A stretch of DNA of 64,000 nucleotides, taken from contig JAMLHR010000011.1 of assembly GCA_023957015.1 (NCBI GenBank), positions 2,838-66,837 of the forward strand, in the 5' to 3' direction. The notes beneath the pieces were generated by a model that did not search any database, was not told where the DNA came from, and saw nothing but the letters and a program-made list of their open reading frames with translations. The position numbers and the translations under genes were made by a program. Each line of letters starts with the position of its first letter. Position 1 is the stretch's first letter. Origin of the DNA: Thermomicrobiales bacterium. Its GTDB lineage: Bacteria > Chloroflexota > Chloroflexia > Thermomicrobiales > UBA6265. Below are positions 46,001-55,426 of the stretch, one piece after another.

Positions 46001-46114
46001 TACATCGGCAATGGCCAGTTCATCCACGCGCAGAACGAGGCTACCGGTGTGGTGATCAGCGATCTGAGCTCCAGCTACTACGCCCCACGTTGGTACGGCG
46101 CAGTACGGCTCTAG
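43058..46114 (+). CDS. Secreted multi-SH3b cell-wall hydrolase with a C-terminal NlpC/P60 cysteine peptidase domain
   Basis: Signal peptide MRTHRVLLFSLAAILIASLTAPMMGAAS. About 8 SH3b-like modules, for example GTATVNTGGDGLYCRTGAGSSYGVITTLRNGTQVTTRGAASNGWMPIICG. Acidic repeat linker. C-terminus FDCSGFTYWV...GDLVFF...SHVGMYIGNGQFIHA carries the NlpC/P60 Cys-His motif. Confidence 0.9.
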   Translation: MRTHRVLLFSLAAILIASLTAPMMGAASTDLAIGDVAVVSNNGNGANLRTSTTDLSDSTIAAELPDGMIVYVADGPFFEDSGAWVWVETDSYGGGYVSAGLLVKRAQSEEAPAAPEEPATVSEYAWLEPIDSGVVVDYYDELGESGLPVLNDAYYDAGVLGYAQPGAWFDVTSERLWIGDANFVRVNFNGAGAFVDGRFLALSSEAVAEEPVEEVIWIDEPVEEVAEVPSEEIIETEVVEVPVEDVTEVATDEIVETEVVEDVTEVATDEIVETEVVQVQAEDATEAPTDEIVEATPTEDVQATPTDEIIPTEDTEGTPTDEAVETATQDSSVETPTEAAATETTDDAAPTDVVEESTESVTEETATEAPVEAEVTVVPTEPVVIASTANSFDANTSIGSATVTGTISGLVCRASADPAAPALMTLAEGTKVQVFAEPVNGYLGIDCAGLQGYADVNYLWSGGAGDGEITAAQMSVVVTGTGSSLNCRADASLSAGVITSLKDGTVLTTRGAASNGWTPVICGGKNGFVSTTWIEVKAGASNNSNSGNNTSTTSGSAIVNTGGDSLYCRSGAGTTYGVITTLRNGASVAVRGTQQGAWLPVTCGGKAGFVHSDYVKVSADTSTPTDSGTKNDSTTATGTVTIANTGGQRLNCRNGAGTNSSVITSLALGQTVPTRSGSVSGWTAVVCGGQNGFVSSEFVSGGGTTTTPTPDTGNNGNGTVSGETGTATVNTGGDGLYCRTGAGSSYGVITTLRNGTQVTTRGAASNGWMPIICGSSNGWASATYLQMGSSNNNNSGNTGTTKPSGLTTNDHAKVSSSVNLRYEASMSSGVAVLVPESTVVLVTGAVSNNFYPVDYDGLKGFIHQDYLTKTTEALSKRGGSGTPGTTTPTPTEPTNPNGSAMVSYAMRYIGYPYVWSTHGPSSFDCSGFTYWVVKNVLGKDIGWGTWTQVAAGKPVSRDALQPGDLVFFQNTYTAGLSHVGMYIGNGQFIHAQNEATGVVISDLSSSYYAPRWYGAVRL
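43690..44030 (+). repeat. In-frame acidic tandem repeats (51-bp unit, EDVTEVATDEIVETEVV, two near-perfect copies plus degenerate copies) inside the hydrolase gene
   Basis: gaggatgtcaccgaggtggc.ac.gacgagatcgttgagaccga.gt.gtc occurs twice in tandem at ~43788-43889, flanked by xTDEI(V/I)E variants. Confidence 0.8.
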
Positions 46115-46136
46115 AACACATCAAGATGTACGCACT

Positions 46137-46164
46137 GAGACTCGGGGGTGACACCCCGAGTCTC
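46137..46164 (+). terminator. Rho-independent terminator GAGACTCGGGG-gtgaca-CCCCGAGTCTC followed by GTCGTTTTC
   Basis: 11-bp stem, 23 nt after the hydrolase stop codon. Confidence 0.7.
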
Positions 46165-46210
46165 GTCGTTTTCGGAGGAGCCAGTGCCGACTCTGGAGCT
46201 ACCTGAGGGG

Positions 46211-46987
46211 ATGGTTGCATACGAGCAACTACAGGGAACATCATCGCAGCCCGTTATTGCGCTCCATGGGCTCGGAGACTCCTCGATCCATACCCTGATG
46301 CCAGTTTTCGAGTTGGAGGCCTTACAGGGCACGTCAGCGCTGTTTATCGATGTGCCTGGTTTCGGAGCATCGCCAGCTGGTTCCTCCCCTGCCACCATCG
46401 AGGATCACGCAGACGTCATTGCTGCGCTCCTGCAACGGCTGGGACTGGAGAACCTACCGGTGTTCGGCCACAGCATGGGTGCGAATATCTCCATCCTGCT
46501 TGCGGCCAGGCATCCTAAGTTGGTCCGTGAACTCATTCTGGCGGAACCGCTCCTCCGACCTGAACACAGCGTGCTGGCGTCACAGATCAGTCGATTCACG
46601 GAAGCCAGTTACGAGGAGCGCGGACATGCCATGCTCTTGCGCGCCACGAGTCAACAGGTGTTCCGAGGTGATCCCGCGGCGGTGGCGTTCCTGCCAACAC
46701 TCCGGATGGCGAATGCGCGCGTCATGTACCGATCCGCGGTATCGCTCCTGGCCAACCGCGATCCTGGGTTCCAGGAGATCGTGCACCGGCTCAAACAGCC
46801 CGTGACACTCATCGTCGGCGAGCGTTCTGGCGGAAAACATCTCGACAAGATCAGCTTCGATGGCACGATCCTCACCGTCGAGTCCGCCGGTCATTCCATG
46901 CATACCGAGCAACCGGCCGCAACCGCCGCCGCCATTCGGCAGGCACTCGATCACGGGCCAAGAAACCAAATCGGTAATGATCGCTAG
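46211..46987 (+). CDS. Alpha/beta-fold hydrolase
   Basis: VIALHGLGDSS and the nucleophile elbow GHSMGA. The ATG at 46211 is preceded by GAGGGG. The longer ORF start at 46148 lies inside the terminator hairpin. Confidence 0.8.
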   Translation: MVAYEQLQGTSSQPVIALHGLGDSSIHTLMPVFELEALQGTSALFIDVPGFGASPAGSSPATIEDHADVIAALLQRLGLENLPVFGHSMGANISILLAARHPKLVRELILAEPLLRPEHSVLASQISRFTEASYEERGHAMLLRATSQQVFRGDPAAVAFLPTLRMANARVMYRSAVSLLANRDPGFQEIVHRLKQPVTLIVGERSGGKHLDKISFDGTILTVESAGHSMHTEQPAATAAAIRQALDHGPRNQIGNDR

Positions 46988-47305
46988 AGGTCAAAAAAAC
47001 GAGGAAGCGGGCACCACGTCTGCCATTGTCCGGAAGTACCCTAGCTGGGGGACCGTGCACCTCCGGATACGCGCTGTGTGCCCGCACCTGTGACGTTATG
47101 ATGACTATCCGCATATCGAATGTCACCGAAATCTACTAGCAACTTTGGTACCAGATTTGCCGCAACTCCGACCCTCTCCACCACCATCGGACACTCGCTC
47201 GCAGATGATGTATGGTTGGATATCAATGGGTTGACAATACCACAGCACCATACGCATATCCGTGGACGGTGCTGACGTTTTCCATTGCCAGGGGAGCGCT
47301 CGACA

Positions 47306-50188
47306 ATGGTCGAACTGGATCGCCGGATACATACAGGACGTTCACCCTTCGGTGAACTTCTGGCGCGTTTTCGCACTGAGATGGGCCTCACCCAGGAGGG
47401 ATTGGCGAATGCCATGACGGGCGGTCGTCTCTCTGCCCGCTCGATCACCAACTACGAGCGCAGCACGGATACGCCTCAGGACTGGATTCTGCCGCATCGC
47501 CCCACCATTCGGGCGTTAGCGGCCGCACTCTCGCTCTCCCCCGCCCAGCATCGCCAACTGGTGGACGCCTGGGACAGATCGAAACTGGGCAAGGAAACCT
47601 ATACGGATCAGGTCTCTCAGGGGACATTCGTGCCCTCCGGCAGAGAACATGTGCTGCAACAGCTCAGGTTGAAGTGGAAAGCAGCCCTCCAGGGAACCCC
47701 ACAGATGGTGTTGATCGCTGCCGAAGCTGGCATGGGTAAAACCAGCATCGCCACCCATTTCTGCGATTGGGTCGCCGCGAATCATGCCCAGGTGATGGTG
47801 AGCTGGGGAGAATCATCGAGTCAGGGTCTGACAGTAGAACCGTATATCGCCATACGAGCGGCCACCAACCGCTTGTTAGTACCGCCGGTGGCCGGGTTCA
47901 CGATCCCGGGCATCTATAAAAGTCGCCCGGAGCTTACCACCGATCGTGTGCACCAGATCCTCACCTATCTACCAAAGCTCACCGGTGCGCTCGTCTCTGA
48001 TCGCACGATCTCCAGCATGGCGAACCTGTATCCGGATATCCCCGCAGACACCTTCACCGCCATCCTGGAAAACAAACCAGGCACGGAAGCGGTAAGCAGG
48101 TGGGATGAGTACAGCCGACTCCTCTACTCGCTCTCGCAGGATTGGCCCATCCTCATTGTGTTGGAGGACCTCCATTGGGCGGGCGATCTCACGGCCTCGC
48201 TCCTCCTGCATCTGCTCCGCGCCCTCGATCGCGCCACGCAAATGCCCATCATGATCCTGGGAAGGCTACGACCAGACGAAGTCGATCCTCATCCGGATGG
48301 ATCACCCAGCGGACTGAGCAAGTTGGTGCGACAGGTGGACAGGAGCCCGTGCAGTACCTACATCACGATGGACGACACCCTCTCCCCGACGCACGGGCAT
48401 GCGTTCATCGCCGGATTGCTTCGCATCCATCCGATGAGCTCCGCAACCAATCAAGCTGATTTGGTCAATTGGCTCTACGAGCACACATCCGGCCAACCCT
48501 ACCTCACCATCGAGATGCTCAGGCATCTCTCGGAGTGCGGGGCGTTGGTGGCCCAACCACCGACAGGATTGTGGTCATTTGATCCCATCATGATCCCTTC
48601 CAGCATCCCCTCAGTCATTTCTAGTTTCATCAAGCAGCGTCTGGAACGCGTGTCCCGCCGAGGACGGGCACTGCTGGAAACCAGTGCAGCCATGGGACCA
48701 TGGGCGATACCGGAAATCATCGCCGGTGTGCTGGGTCTCGATGAGGACGACACCGCCAAATGCATCGAGAGCGTGTTGGTGGAAACGCATCACCTGCTGC
48801 TACCTTCCGAGGATGTCATGGTGGGTCAGCGACACTACCACGCCTATCGATTCCCTCATGCGCTCGTGCGCGACTACATCTACACCACCATTCCCCTGGC
48901 CCGGAGACGCTCATTGCACATCAAGCTGGCCGAGGCGTTGGAAACGCTCGGTGATGACTTCGATATGGTCACCATGGGCGCCGTCGCGAACCATTACTCC
49001 CAGGCCGAAGACTGGTATGGAGCGGAAATGGCGGCGTATCACACCGCGCAAATCGCGGTTGGTCGGATGGATTGGGATCTCAGCGAGTTCTGGTTTGACC
49101 TCGCGGAAGATCTCGCTGTGAAAGCGCGGGATCCGCGGCAGTTGTGGAGATCACGTGCGGCGCGGTTAGAGATGCTTCGCGGCCAGGGCCAGTATGAACA
49201 GGCACTTGAGCTTGGCAACCGAATTCTGCAACAGGTAGCACATCAGGAATGGCCTGCCGTCGAAGCGCTGGCGCGTCACCATTTGGGTGAGATTCTCCTG
49301 GATCTGGGAGAGCTTTCCGAATCCAGCGAGTTACTCACTCGCGCCAGAGACATTCACATGGAACTCGGTCACATGGAGATGGCAGTAGCTGCTGCGGCGA
49401 TGCTTAGTCACACTATCTACAGACAGGGTCACTACGATGTTGCTCGCGAACACGCAACGATGGCAGTTGACTTGAGCAAGACACTACCCGAAAGCTGGGC
49501 AAACGCCGAAGCAGTATTGGCGGCAGCCAACTGCGAAATAGATCTCGGGTTCTTTCAGGAAGCTCTGGACCGCTACCAGGTGGCTATTGATATCGCCAGG
49601 ACGTTGGGGAAACTCAATAGCGAAATCGTTCCGACGATGAATATTGGGCTCTGTCTCACATTCATGGGCAGACATAGAGACGCTGTGTGCCATCTCGAGG
49701 CATTGGTTAAGCAGATCGAAGCCCGCTCCTCTATCCGTCATGTCGGATTTCCACTTTTCTACCTGGGTTTGGCGTTTGAGGCACTCGGACAGTTCGACGA
49801 AGCTCGCGCGGCCTACCAACGTTCCACAGATGTCCGTCAGTCCCACCCCCAGACGCCAACACAGTTTGATAGCATCGCCGGTTTGCTGCGCTTGTCCGTC
49901 CGAGACAAAGACACCGAGATCTGCCGGGAGCTTCTTCACCGGACAGAAGCATTCATTGCCGACCACACCTGGCGGGGGATGGAGTATCCGTTATTAGTTC
50001 TCATCGCTATCGCGGACGCCCACAGATTCCTGGGGAACGCGGAACGGTATGGCGCGATGATCCGGGAAGCGCATGAGGAACTGATGCGCCGGGCATCACT
50101 ACTCAGCGACACTGAGGCGGTCGATTCGTATCTGAATCGGGTGGGAATGAACGTCGAGGTTCAACGTCGCTTCCAGGCATCCCTATGA
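47306..50188 (+). CDS. XRE-type HTH + STAND/AAA_16 P-loop NTPase + TPR-repeat protein
   Basis: N-terminus FGELLARFRTEMGLTQEGLANAM...SARSITNYERS (Cro/C1 HTH). Walker A AAEAGMGKTS. Walker B-like ILIVLEDLHWA. The C-terminal ~400 aa are TPR-like helical repeats. Confidence 0.8.
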   Translation: MVELDRRIHTGRSPFGELLARFRTEMGLTQEGLANAMTGGRLSARSITNYERSTDTPQDWILPHRPTIRALAAALSLSPAQHRQLVDAWDRSKLGKETYTDQVSQGTFVPSGREHVLQQLRLKWKAALQGTPQMVLIAAEAGMGKTSIATHFCDWVAANHAQVMVSWGESSSQGLTVEPYIAIRAATNRLLVPPVAGFTIPGIYKSRPELTTDRVHQILTYLPKLTGALVSDRTISSMANLYPDIPADTFTAILENKPGTEAVSRWDEYSRLLYSLSQDWPILIVLEDLHWAGDLTASLLLHLLRALDRATQMPIMILGRLRPDEVDPHPDGSPSGLSKLVRQVDRSPCSTYITMDDTLSPTHGHAFIAGLLRIHPMSSATNQADLVNWLYEHTSGQPYLTIEMLRHLSECGALVAQPPTGLWSFDPIMIPSSIPSVISSFIKQRLERVSRRGRALLETSAAMGPWAIPEIIAGVLGLDEDDTAKCIESVLVETHHLLLPSEDVMVGQRHYHAYRFPHALVRDYIYTTIPLARRRSLHIKLAEALETLGDDFDMVTMGAVANHYSQAEDWYGAEMAAYHTAQIAVGRMDWDLSEFWFDLAEDLAVKARDPRQLWRSRAARLEMLRGQGQYEQALELGNRILQQVAHQEWPAVEALARHHLGEILLDLGELSESSELLTRARDIHMELGHMEMAVAAAAMLSHTIYRQGHYDVAREHATMAVDLSKTLPESWANAEAVLAAANCEIDLGFFQEALDRYQVAIDIARTLGKLNSEIVPTMNIGLCLTFMGRHRDAVCHLEALVKQIEARSSIRHVGFPLFYLGLAFEALGQFDEARAAYQRSTDVRQSHPQTPTQFDSIAGLLRLSVRDKDTEICRELLHRTEAFIADHTWRGMEYPLLVLIAIADAHRFLGNAERYGAMIREAHEELMRRASLLSDTEAVDSYLNRVGMNVEVQRRFQASL

Positions 50189-50210
50189 GTTGGTACAAGA
50201 GGAATCGGTA

Positions 50211-50259
50211 GAGGGGCAGACGAGCTGCCCCAAAGAGGAGAGCTCCCCTACTACCTATC
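50211..50259 (+). repeat. Dispersed hairpin repeat, family A (with a 17-nt insertion)
   Basis: GAGGGGCAGACGAGCTGCCCC...CTACTACCTATC, between the convergent STAND gene and recA. Confidence 0.7.
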
Positions 50260-50289
50260 CGGCTTGTGGTAACAGATCAGGAATCCGGC

Positions 50290-51396
50290 CTACAAGATAA
50301 CGCCATCCGCATCCGCGACCGGCTCCTTCGCCGCATCGATATCCTCGTCGGTCGGACGGAACTCGCGACGAGCAGCCAACTCCGGCGATGCGCGCATAAC
50401 CTTCTTCGCGATCTCGTCCATGACCTCCGGATTCGCCTTGAGGAATATCTTGGCATTCTCGCGTCCTTGCCCCAGACGCTCTTCGCCATAATAGAACCAG
50501 GCGCCGCTCTTGCGGACAATACCGATCTCAGTAGCGGTATCCAACACCGAACCGGAGGCGGAGATACCCTCGTTGTACATGATGTCGAACTCGGCCTGGC
50601 GGAATGGTGGCGCGACCTTATTCTTGATCACCTTGACGCGACAACGGCTACCAATCGCATCCTGACCATCCTTCAGCGTCTCAATGCGACGGATATCCAT
50701 GCGAACGGAGCTGTAGAACTTGAGCGCATTACCGCCGGATGTCGTCTCCGGATTCCCGAACATGACGCCGATCTTCATGCGCAACTGGTTGATGAAGATG
50801 ACGCAGGTGTGAGATCGGTTGATCGCGCCGGTGAGCTTGCGGAGCGCCTGACTCATGAGACGTGCCTGCAAACCGACATGGGAATCGCCCATATCGCCTT
50901 CGATCTCCGCCTTCGGCACCAGCGCCGCCACGGAATCGACCACGATGACATCGAGGCCGCCACTGCGAACCAGCGTCTCGGTGATCTCGAGGGCCTGCTC
51001 ACCGGTATCCGGCTGCGAGATGAGAAGATCATCCAGGTTGACACCGAGACGCTGGGCATAGACGGGATCGAGCGCATGCTCCGCATCCACGATCGCCGCC
51101 AGTCCACCCCGTTTCTGGGCTTCCGCCACGATGTGCATGGCCAGCGTGGTCTTACCGGACGATTCCGGACCATAAATCTCAACGATACGACCGCGCGGTA
51201 CACCACCGATACCGAGCGCGATATCCAGCGCCAGGCTACCGGTGGGAATCGCCTCGACTTTGAGCGGATTCGTCTCGTCCGGGTTCATCTTCATGATGCT
51301 GCCCTTGCCGAACTGACGTTCGATCTGGGCAATCGCGTTTTCGGCCGCCTTCAGTTTGTCGGCCCGAAGCTTTGTCATTTCCTTGGTGTCTGTCAT
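50290..51396 (-). CDS. recA: Recombinase RecA
   Basis: [15 protein letters not shown], Walker [12 protein letters not shown], and [23 protein letters not shown]. Confidence 0.97.
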   Translation of the reverse strand: MTDTKEMTKLRADKLKAAENAIAQIERQFGKGSIMKMNPDETNPLKVEAIPTGSLALDIALGIGGVPRGRIVEIYGPESSGKTTLAMHIVAEAQKRGGLAAIVDAEHALDPVYAQRLGVNLDDLLISQPDTGEQALEITETLVRSGGLDVIVVDSVAALVPKAEIEGDMGDSHVGLQARLMSQALRKLTGAINRSHTCVIFINQLRMKIGVMFGNPETTSGGNALKFYSSVRMDIRRIETLKDGQDAIGSRCRVKVIKNKVAPPFRQAEFDIMYNEGISASGSVLDTATEIGIVRKSGAWFYYGEERLGQGRENAKIFLKANPEVMDEIAKKVMRASPELAARREFRPTDEDIDAAKEPVADADGVIL

Positions 51397-51475
51397 GGGG
51401 TCCCCTCGCGCTATTGCGCTTGGCTGGTTGTTCCGCGACCAGTGTACAAATGAGGATAGTCAGTGTTCTAAAATA

Positions 51476-51489
51476 CGAACAGATGTTCT
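51476..51489. promoter_or_regulatory. LexA (Cheo-type) SOS box CGAACAGATGTTCT upstream of recA
   Basis: Matches the Gram-positive consensus CGAACRNRYGTTYC at 13 of 14 positions (final T instead of C). Lies 80 nt upstream of the recA ATG. Confidence 0.75.
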
Positions 51490-51707
51490 GAACTCTGGGG
51501 TAAGTGTACAGGGTTCGGACAGTCAGGTCAACCACGAATTGGCCGAAAACGTACCTGCAAACCACAACAGGAGCCCACGGATTACTCCGCGGACTCCTGC
51601 CTGCTGTGAAGACTCCTGAAGAACGCTAGCGCTTCTTGCGTACCGGTCGCATGATCCCGGCCGGGATCACAAGCGCCAGCACCGCTGCCGCCCTCAGCAT
51701 CCAGCGA

Positions 51708-52508
51708 TTATCCGCTCGTCACATCCCGTCTCAGGAAGACGACGTACGTGATCGCGACAAAGATCAATGTGTACGCGCCCAGCGTGGCGTAGGCACGGGC
51801 GTCGCTGATGTGCTCGGCACCGAAGCCTGTCAGTGCGTTGACATTAGCGGACAATCCCCAGTCCGCTGCACCCTTGAACATATCGCTCGCCAACCCCAGG
51901 AGCATCCAGACCGGTTCCTCCAGGAAACTGAATCCCAGCGCACCCGCGATGCCGGCAGCATTGGACTTAAAGACGGTGGCCAGCATGAACGCCAGCGCCA
52001 GATACGGCGTGTTGGTGTACAGCATCTTCATGGCGAAACCCATACCGTCAATGAAGACATCCATGCTGAATCCGGAAGGCACATCCACGAACCAGGAGCC
52101 AACGAAGTACATACCGGTTACGACGAGAACAACGACCAGCACAAACAGCACGGCGTAGATGCCGAGCGCGACGAGCTTGGCCGTCAGCATGCTCGCACGC
52201 GTCTGCGCGCGGGCAACAAGCGGTCGCAGCGTGTTCCAGCTGTATTCGTTCCCCATCATGCCAGCGGCGATGATGACGATCAGGAGCGATGAAAAGAACC
52301 CGACAGACATGGTGATGCCGAGATCCTGAAACGATGAGAATGAGACATCGTTCCGCAGATTGGCGGCATCGGTACCCGAGCTCACACGGGCGGCAATGGC
52401 GAATCCACCATAGACCAGCGCCGTGAGGCCAATGGCAACGAGGAGAAGAATCCAGCTCTGCGCGCGCTTGCGCATGCGGAAGAGTTCGCTTTGAAGCAGG
52501 TGGTACAT
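51708..52508 (-). CDS. ABC-2 type exporter permease
   Basis: 266 aa with 6 TM helices. N-terminus LLQSELFRMRKRAQSWILLL, typical of ABC-2 permeases. Located downstream of an ATPase gene. Confidence 0.8.
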   Translation of the reverse strand: MYHLLQSELFRMRKRAQSWILLLVAIGLTALVYGGFAIAARVSSGTDAANLRNDVSFSSFQDLGITMSVGFFSSLLIVIIAAGMMGNEYSWNTLRPLVARAQTRASMLTAKLVALGIYAVLFVLVVVLVVTGMYFVGSWFVDVPSGFSMDVFIDGMGFAMKMLYTNTPYLALAFMLATVFKSNAAGIAGALGFSFLEEPVWMLLGLASDMFKGAADWGLSANVNALTGFGAEHISDARAYATLGAYTLIFVAITYVVFLRRDVTSG

Positions 52509-52548
52509 GAACGATCCTTTCGGACGCTAAGCCGTAGCGGTATAGCTT

Positions 52549-52578
52549 GACAGGTAGCAGGACAGTTGATCTGCCCTC
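52549..52578 (-). repeat. Dispersed hairpin repeat, family A (inverted orientation)
   Basis: The reverse complement reads GAGGGCAGATCAACTGTCCTGCTACCTGTC. Confidence 0.7.
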
Positions 52579-52594
52579 AAGATGCGGATTTCCT

Positions 52595-53572
52595 CTATAC
52601 CGTTGCGCCTTCGGTCAGTTCGAGGAAGAGCGATTCGAGCGTATTCCGCTTCGGCGAGATCTCGGCGGCAACGATACCTGTCTCCATCAAGGCCCGATTC
52701 AGATCGCGACCTCGTTCCGGTGCGACGACAACGGTGATCACACCACCGGAAACGGTGACGTTCTCCACTCCTTCAAGGTGCTGAATCACCTGTATCGCCG
52801 CGGCCACCTCAGCTTCCTCCACCCGCACGGTAATGTGCCCACCGCGCATGAGCAGGTCATCGACGCTGCTCTCGGTGACCAGTTCGCCGCGACGCACGAT
52901 GGCGACGCGGTCGCTCACCTGCTCCACTTCGTGCAGCATGTGGCTGGCCAAAAGCACACCATGGCCATCCTGCGCGAGGCGGGGGATGATCTCGCGAATC
53001 TCGCGCTGTCCGGCGGGATCGAGACCATTGGTCGGCTCATCCAATATCACCAGGGCGGGATCGGTGAGCAGCGTGCTGGCGATACCAAGTCGCTGCTTCA
53101 TCCCGAGGCTGTAGCTCTTGTACTTGTCCTTGCTCCGTTCGTGCAGGTTGACCAGTTTGAGCAGATCGTCGACGCGACTGGCGGACACGCCGCCGACCAT
53201 TTTGGCGTGAGCGATGAGGTTGTCTCGACCGCTCAGATACGGGTAGAAGGCCGGATTCTCGATGATCGCACCGATGTGATCGGAGACCAGCGGCTGATTA
53301 CCAGCGAGCGGTGTCCCCATGACACTGACAGAACCGCTGGTTGGGCGAATCAGACCGAGGACCATACCGACAGTGGTGCTCTTGCCGGCACCGTTCGGAC
53401 CGAGGAAGCCAACGACCTCGCCCGGATGCACAGTCAGTGTGAGATCGTTCACGGCGGTGAAATCACCGAACTTCTTGGTGAGTCCCAGAAGATCGAGAAC
53501 AGGTGCCGCACCGTTGCCCCGTTTTCCGACTCCGGCTGGCTGGTGATTCGGTTGGGATACTGCTGTTGCCAT
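52595..53572 (-). CDS. ABC transporter ATP-binding protein (partner of the ABC-2 permease)
   Basis: Walker A GPNGAGKST, signature YSLGMKQRL, Walker B LVILDEPTNGLD. The ATG at 53572 is preceded by GGAGGAG. Confidence 0.92.
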   Translation of the reverse strand: MATAVSQPNHQPAGVGKRGNGAAPVLDLLGLTKKFGDFTAVNDLTLTVHPGEVVGFLGPNGAGKSTTVGMVLGLIRPTSGSVSVMGTPLAGNQPLVSDHIGAIIENPAFYPYLSGRDNLIAHAKMVGGVSASRVDDLLKLVNLHERSKDKYKSYSLGMKQRLGIASTLLTDPALVILDEPTNGLDPAGQREIREIIPRLAQDGHGVLLASHMLHEVEQVSDRVAIVRRGELVTESSVDDLLMRGGHITVRVEEAEVAAAIQVIQHLEGVENVTVSGGVITVVVAPERGRDLNRALMETGIVAAEISPKRNTLESLFLELTEGATV

Positions 53573-53755
53573 TGCTCCTCCGTGGAGTAGATCGAATCCT
53601 ACTGAAGTCAGTTTGACGGAGAGGTTTGGCGGAAGAGGCACGGAATTGTGTCAGTTGTGTGGAGATGGTACGTAGGCACCCATTGCCGAAGGCGGCGAAA
53701 CACTTGCATGCGAGTTCGAGAAATGAGCCGGAGGTGCGCGGTGGGTGTTGGAGAT

Positions 53756-54000
53756 CCGGCTGACGGTGTGCCGCAGGATGTATCTTGGCACCACCAATGT
53801 GCTCATGTCATTCAGAGCGCCTTCGGCGCTAAGAATCTCCCGGCGAGGGCTCCACGGCGTTGCGCGCCTCTGAGTGACGCCGCCTCGTTGGTCCTTCGCG
53901 GAAGTATCATCACAACTCTTCGGGTCACCAACTCACAAGCTGAAACCAATTCTCGGTACGGAGCCGCAGGGTCCACGGCCTCCGGCCTCTGAGTGACGAT
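53756..54000. repeat. Composite dispersed repeat, family B
   Basis: GTCATTCAGAGCGCCTTCGGCGCTAAGAATCTCCCGGCGAGGGCTCCACGGCGTTGCGCGCCTCTGAGTGAC forms a ~72-bp terminal inverted-repeat unit. A second GCAGGGTCCACGGCC..CCTCTGAGTGAC module follows. Confidence 0.75.
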
Positions 54001-54054
54001 GCCGCTTTGGTCCTACGCGAAGCAGCATCTCACCTCTTCGGGTCAGCAGTCTAT

Positions 54055-55374
54055 CTACCTCGCCACTTGCTGTGCGCCCTTGAGATTGAACAGCGACTTG
54101 AAGCTGGGTGCCTGTCCATACATGAGCACACCAACGCGGTACAGACGGGCGGCAAACATCATCGCCAAGACGATAGCAACGAGCAATCCACCGATGCTGA
54201 TCGCGATCTCCCACCAATACGGATTACCGTTGATCAGCCGCAACATCGCCACGAAAACGGTCGTGCCCGGGAAGAGATAGGCGATGCGCGCGATCGTCCC
54301 ATCCGGATTGCTCATGCTCGCCAGGGCGGCGAAGTAGCCGATCATCATCACTGTCGTCATCGGGGCGACAGCAGTGCCGACCTCCTCCTGCCGCGAGACC
54401 ATCGAACCCACACCGGCATAAAGCGCACCGTAGAGCAGGAATCCCAACAGGAAGTAGACCAGGAACCATCCCATGCTGGACCAGGCGATCCAGGCAAAGT
54501 TGATATCGAGCAGTTGATCCTCGGAGACACCGACGAGTTTGCCGATCTGAACCTGGAGGCTGGCGATGATGCCGAAGGTCAGCACCAACGGCACGAACTG
54601 CATCAGCGCAGTCATCATGATACCGATCACCTTGCCCGCCAGCAGGTCACGCGGCGTGGCGGCGTTCACCATGATCTCCATGATGCGACTGGCCTTCTCT
54701 TCCACCACACCCTGACTGATCCACTGCCCATACATGACCACGAAGATGAAGATGATGATGGTCGAGGCGTAGGCGATGATGAAGTTCACGATATCTTCGG
54801 TACCATTGCCCTCGTCTTCGCTGGCGGTGGGATCGGCCTGCACCGTCGTCATCGTGGGCGGGGTGAAGAGTTGCTGCACCTCGCTGGCGGAGAGACCGGT
54901 GGCATCGATCCGCTCCTGGATCGCGATCGATGAGGCGGTAGCTACCAACATCTGGGCCAGGCTGTTCTGGATATCGCCATCGTCGGTGATGACGGTGAAC
55001 GCGAGTTCATCGTTCGGACGAGTCGCGATCAGGGCAGCATCGGCGTCGCCACGCTCCACCGCATCACGCGCGGCGGTATCGTCCGCCACCTCACTGATCT
55101 CAAACCGACGGTCGGCATCGTTACTCAACGCGTCAAGCATTGGTGGCAGCAAAACGGAAAGGTTCGCGTTCGCCTGATCCACCACCACAATGGTATTCAC
55201 GGTGGGTCCACCACTGTCATCGCCGCGAAACTTGGCGATGATGATGGGGCTGAGCGCCAGCAACGCCACGATCAGGATCTGCACGATCAACCCGGCCCGA
55301 TACGATCGCTTGCCGAGCGTGGCCTGTATTTCCCGACTGGCAATCAGCTTGATGCGCTTGATATCAAACATCAA
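54055..55374 (-). CDS. ABC-2 family permease, NatB/YhaP-like (paralogue 2)
   Basis: N-terminal TM, large extracytoplasmic domain, and a C-terminal 5-TM bundle with GVVEEKASRIMEIMVNAATPRDLLAGK. Confidence 0.85.
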   Translation of the reverse strand: MMFDIKRIKLIASREIQATLGKRSYRAGLIVQILIVALLALSPIIIAKFRGDDSGGPTVNTIVVVDQANANLSVLLPPMLDALSNDADRRFEISEVADDTAARDAVERGDADAALIATRPNDELAFTVITDDGDIQNSLAQMLVATASSIAIQERIDATGLSASEVQQLFTPPTMTTVQADPTASEDEGNGTEDIVNFIIAYASTIIIFIFVVMYGQWISQGVVEEKASRIMEIMVNAATPRDLLAGKVIGIMMTALMQFVPLVLTFGIIASLQVQIGKLVGVSEDQLLDINFAWIAWSSMGWFLVYFLLGFLLYGALYAGVGSMVSRQEEVGTAVAPMTTVMMIGYFAALASMSNPDGTIARIAYLFPGTTVFVAMLRLINGNPYWWEIAISIGGLLVAIVLAMMFAARLYRVGVLMYGQAPSFKSLFNLKGAQQVAR

Positions 55375-55426
55375 AGAGCTCCTTGGTGGCTAGGTGTGAT
55401 CTCTCGTGGTTCCCACCGGTTTCTCG

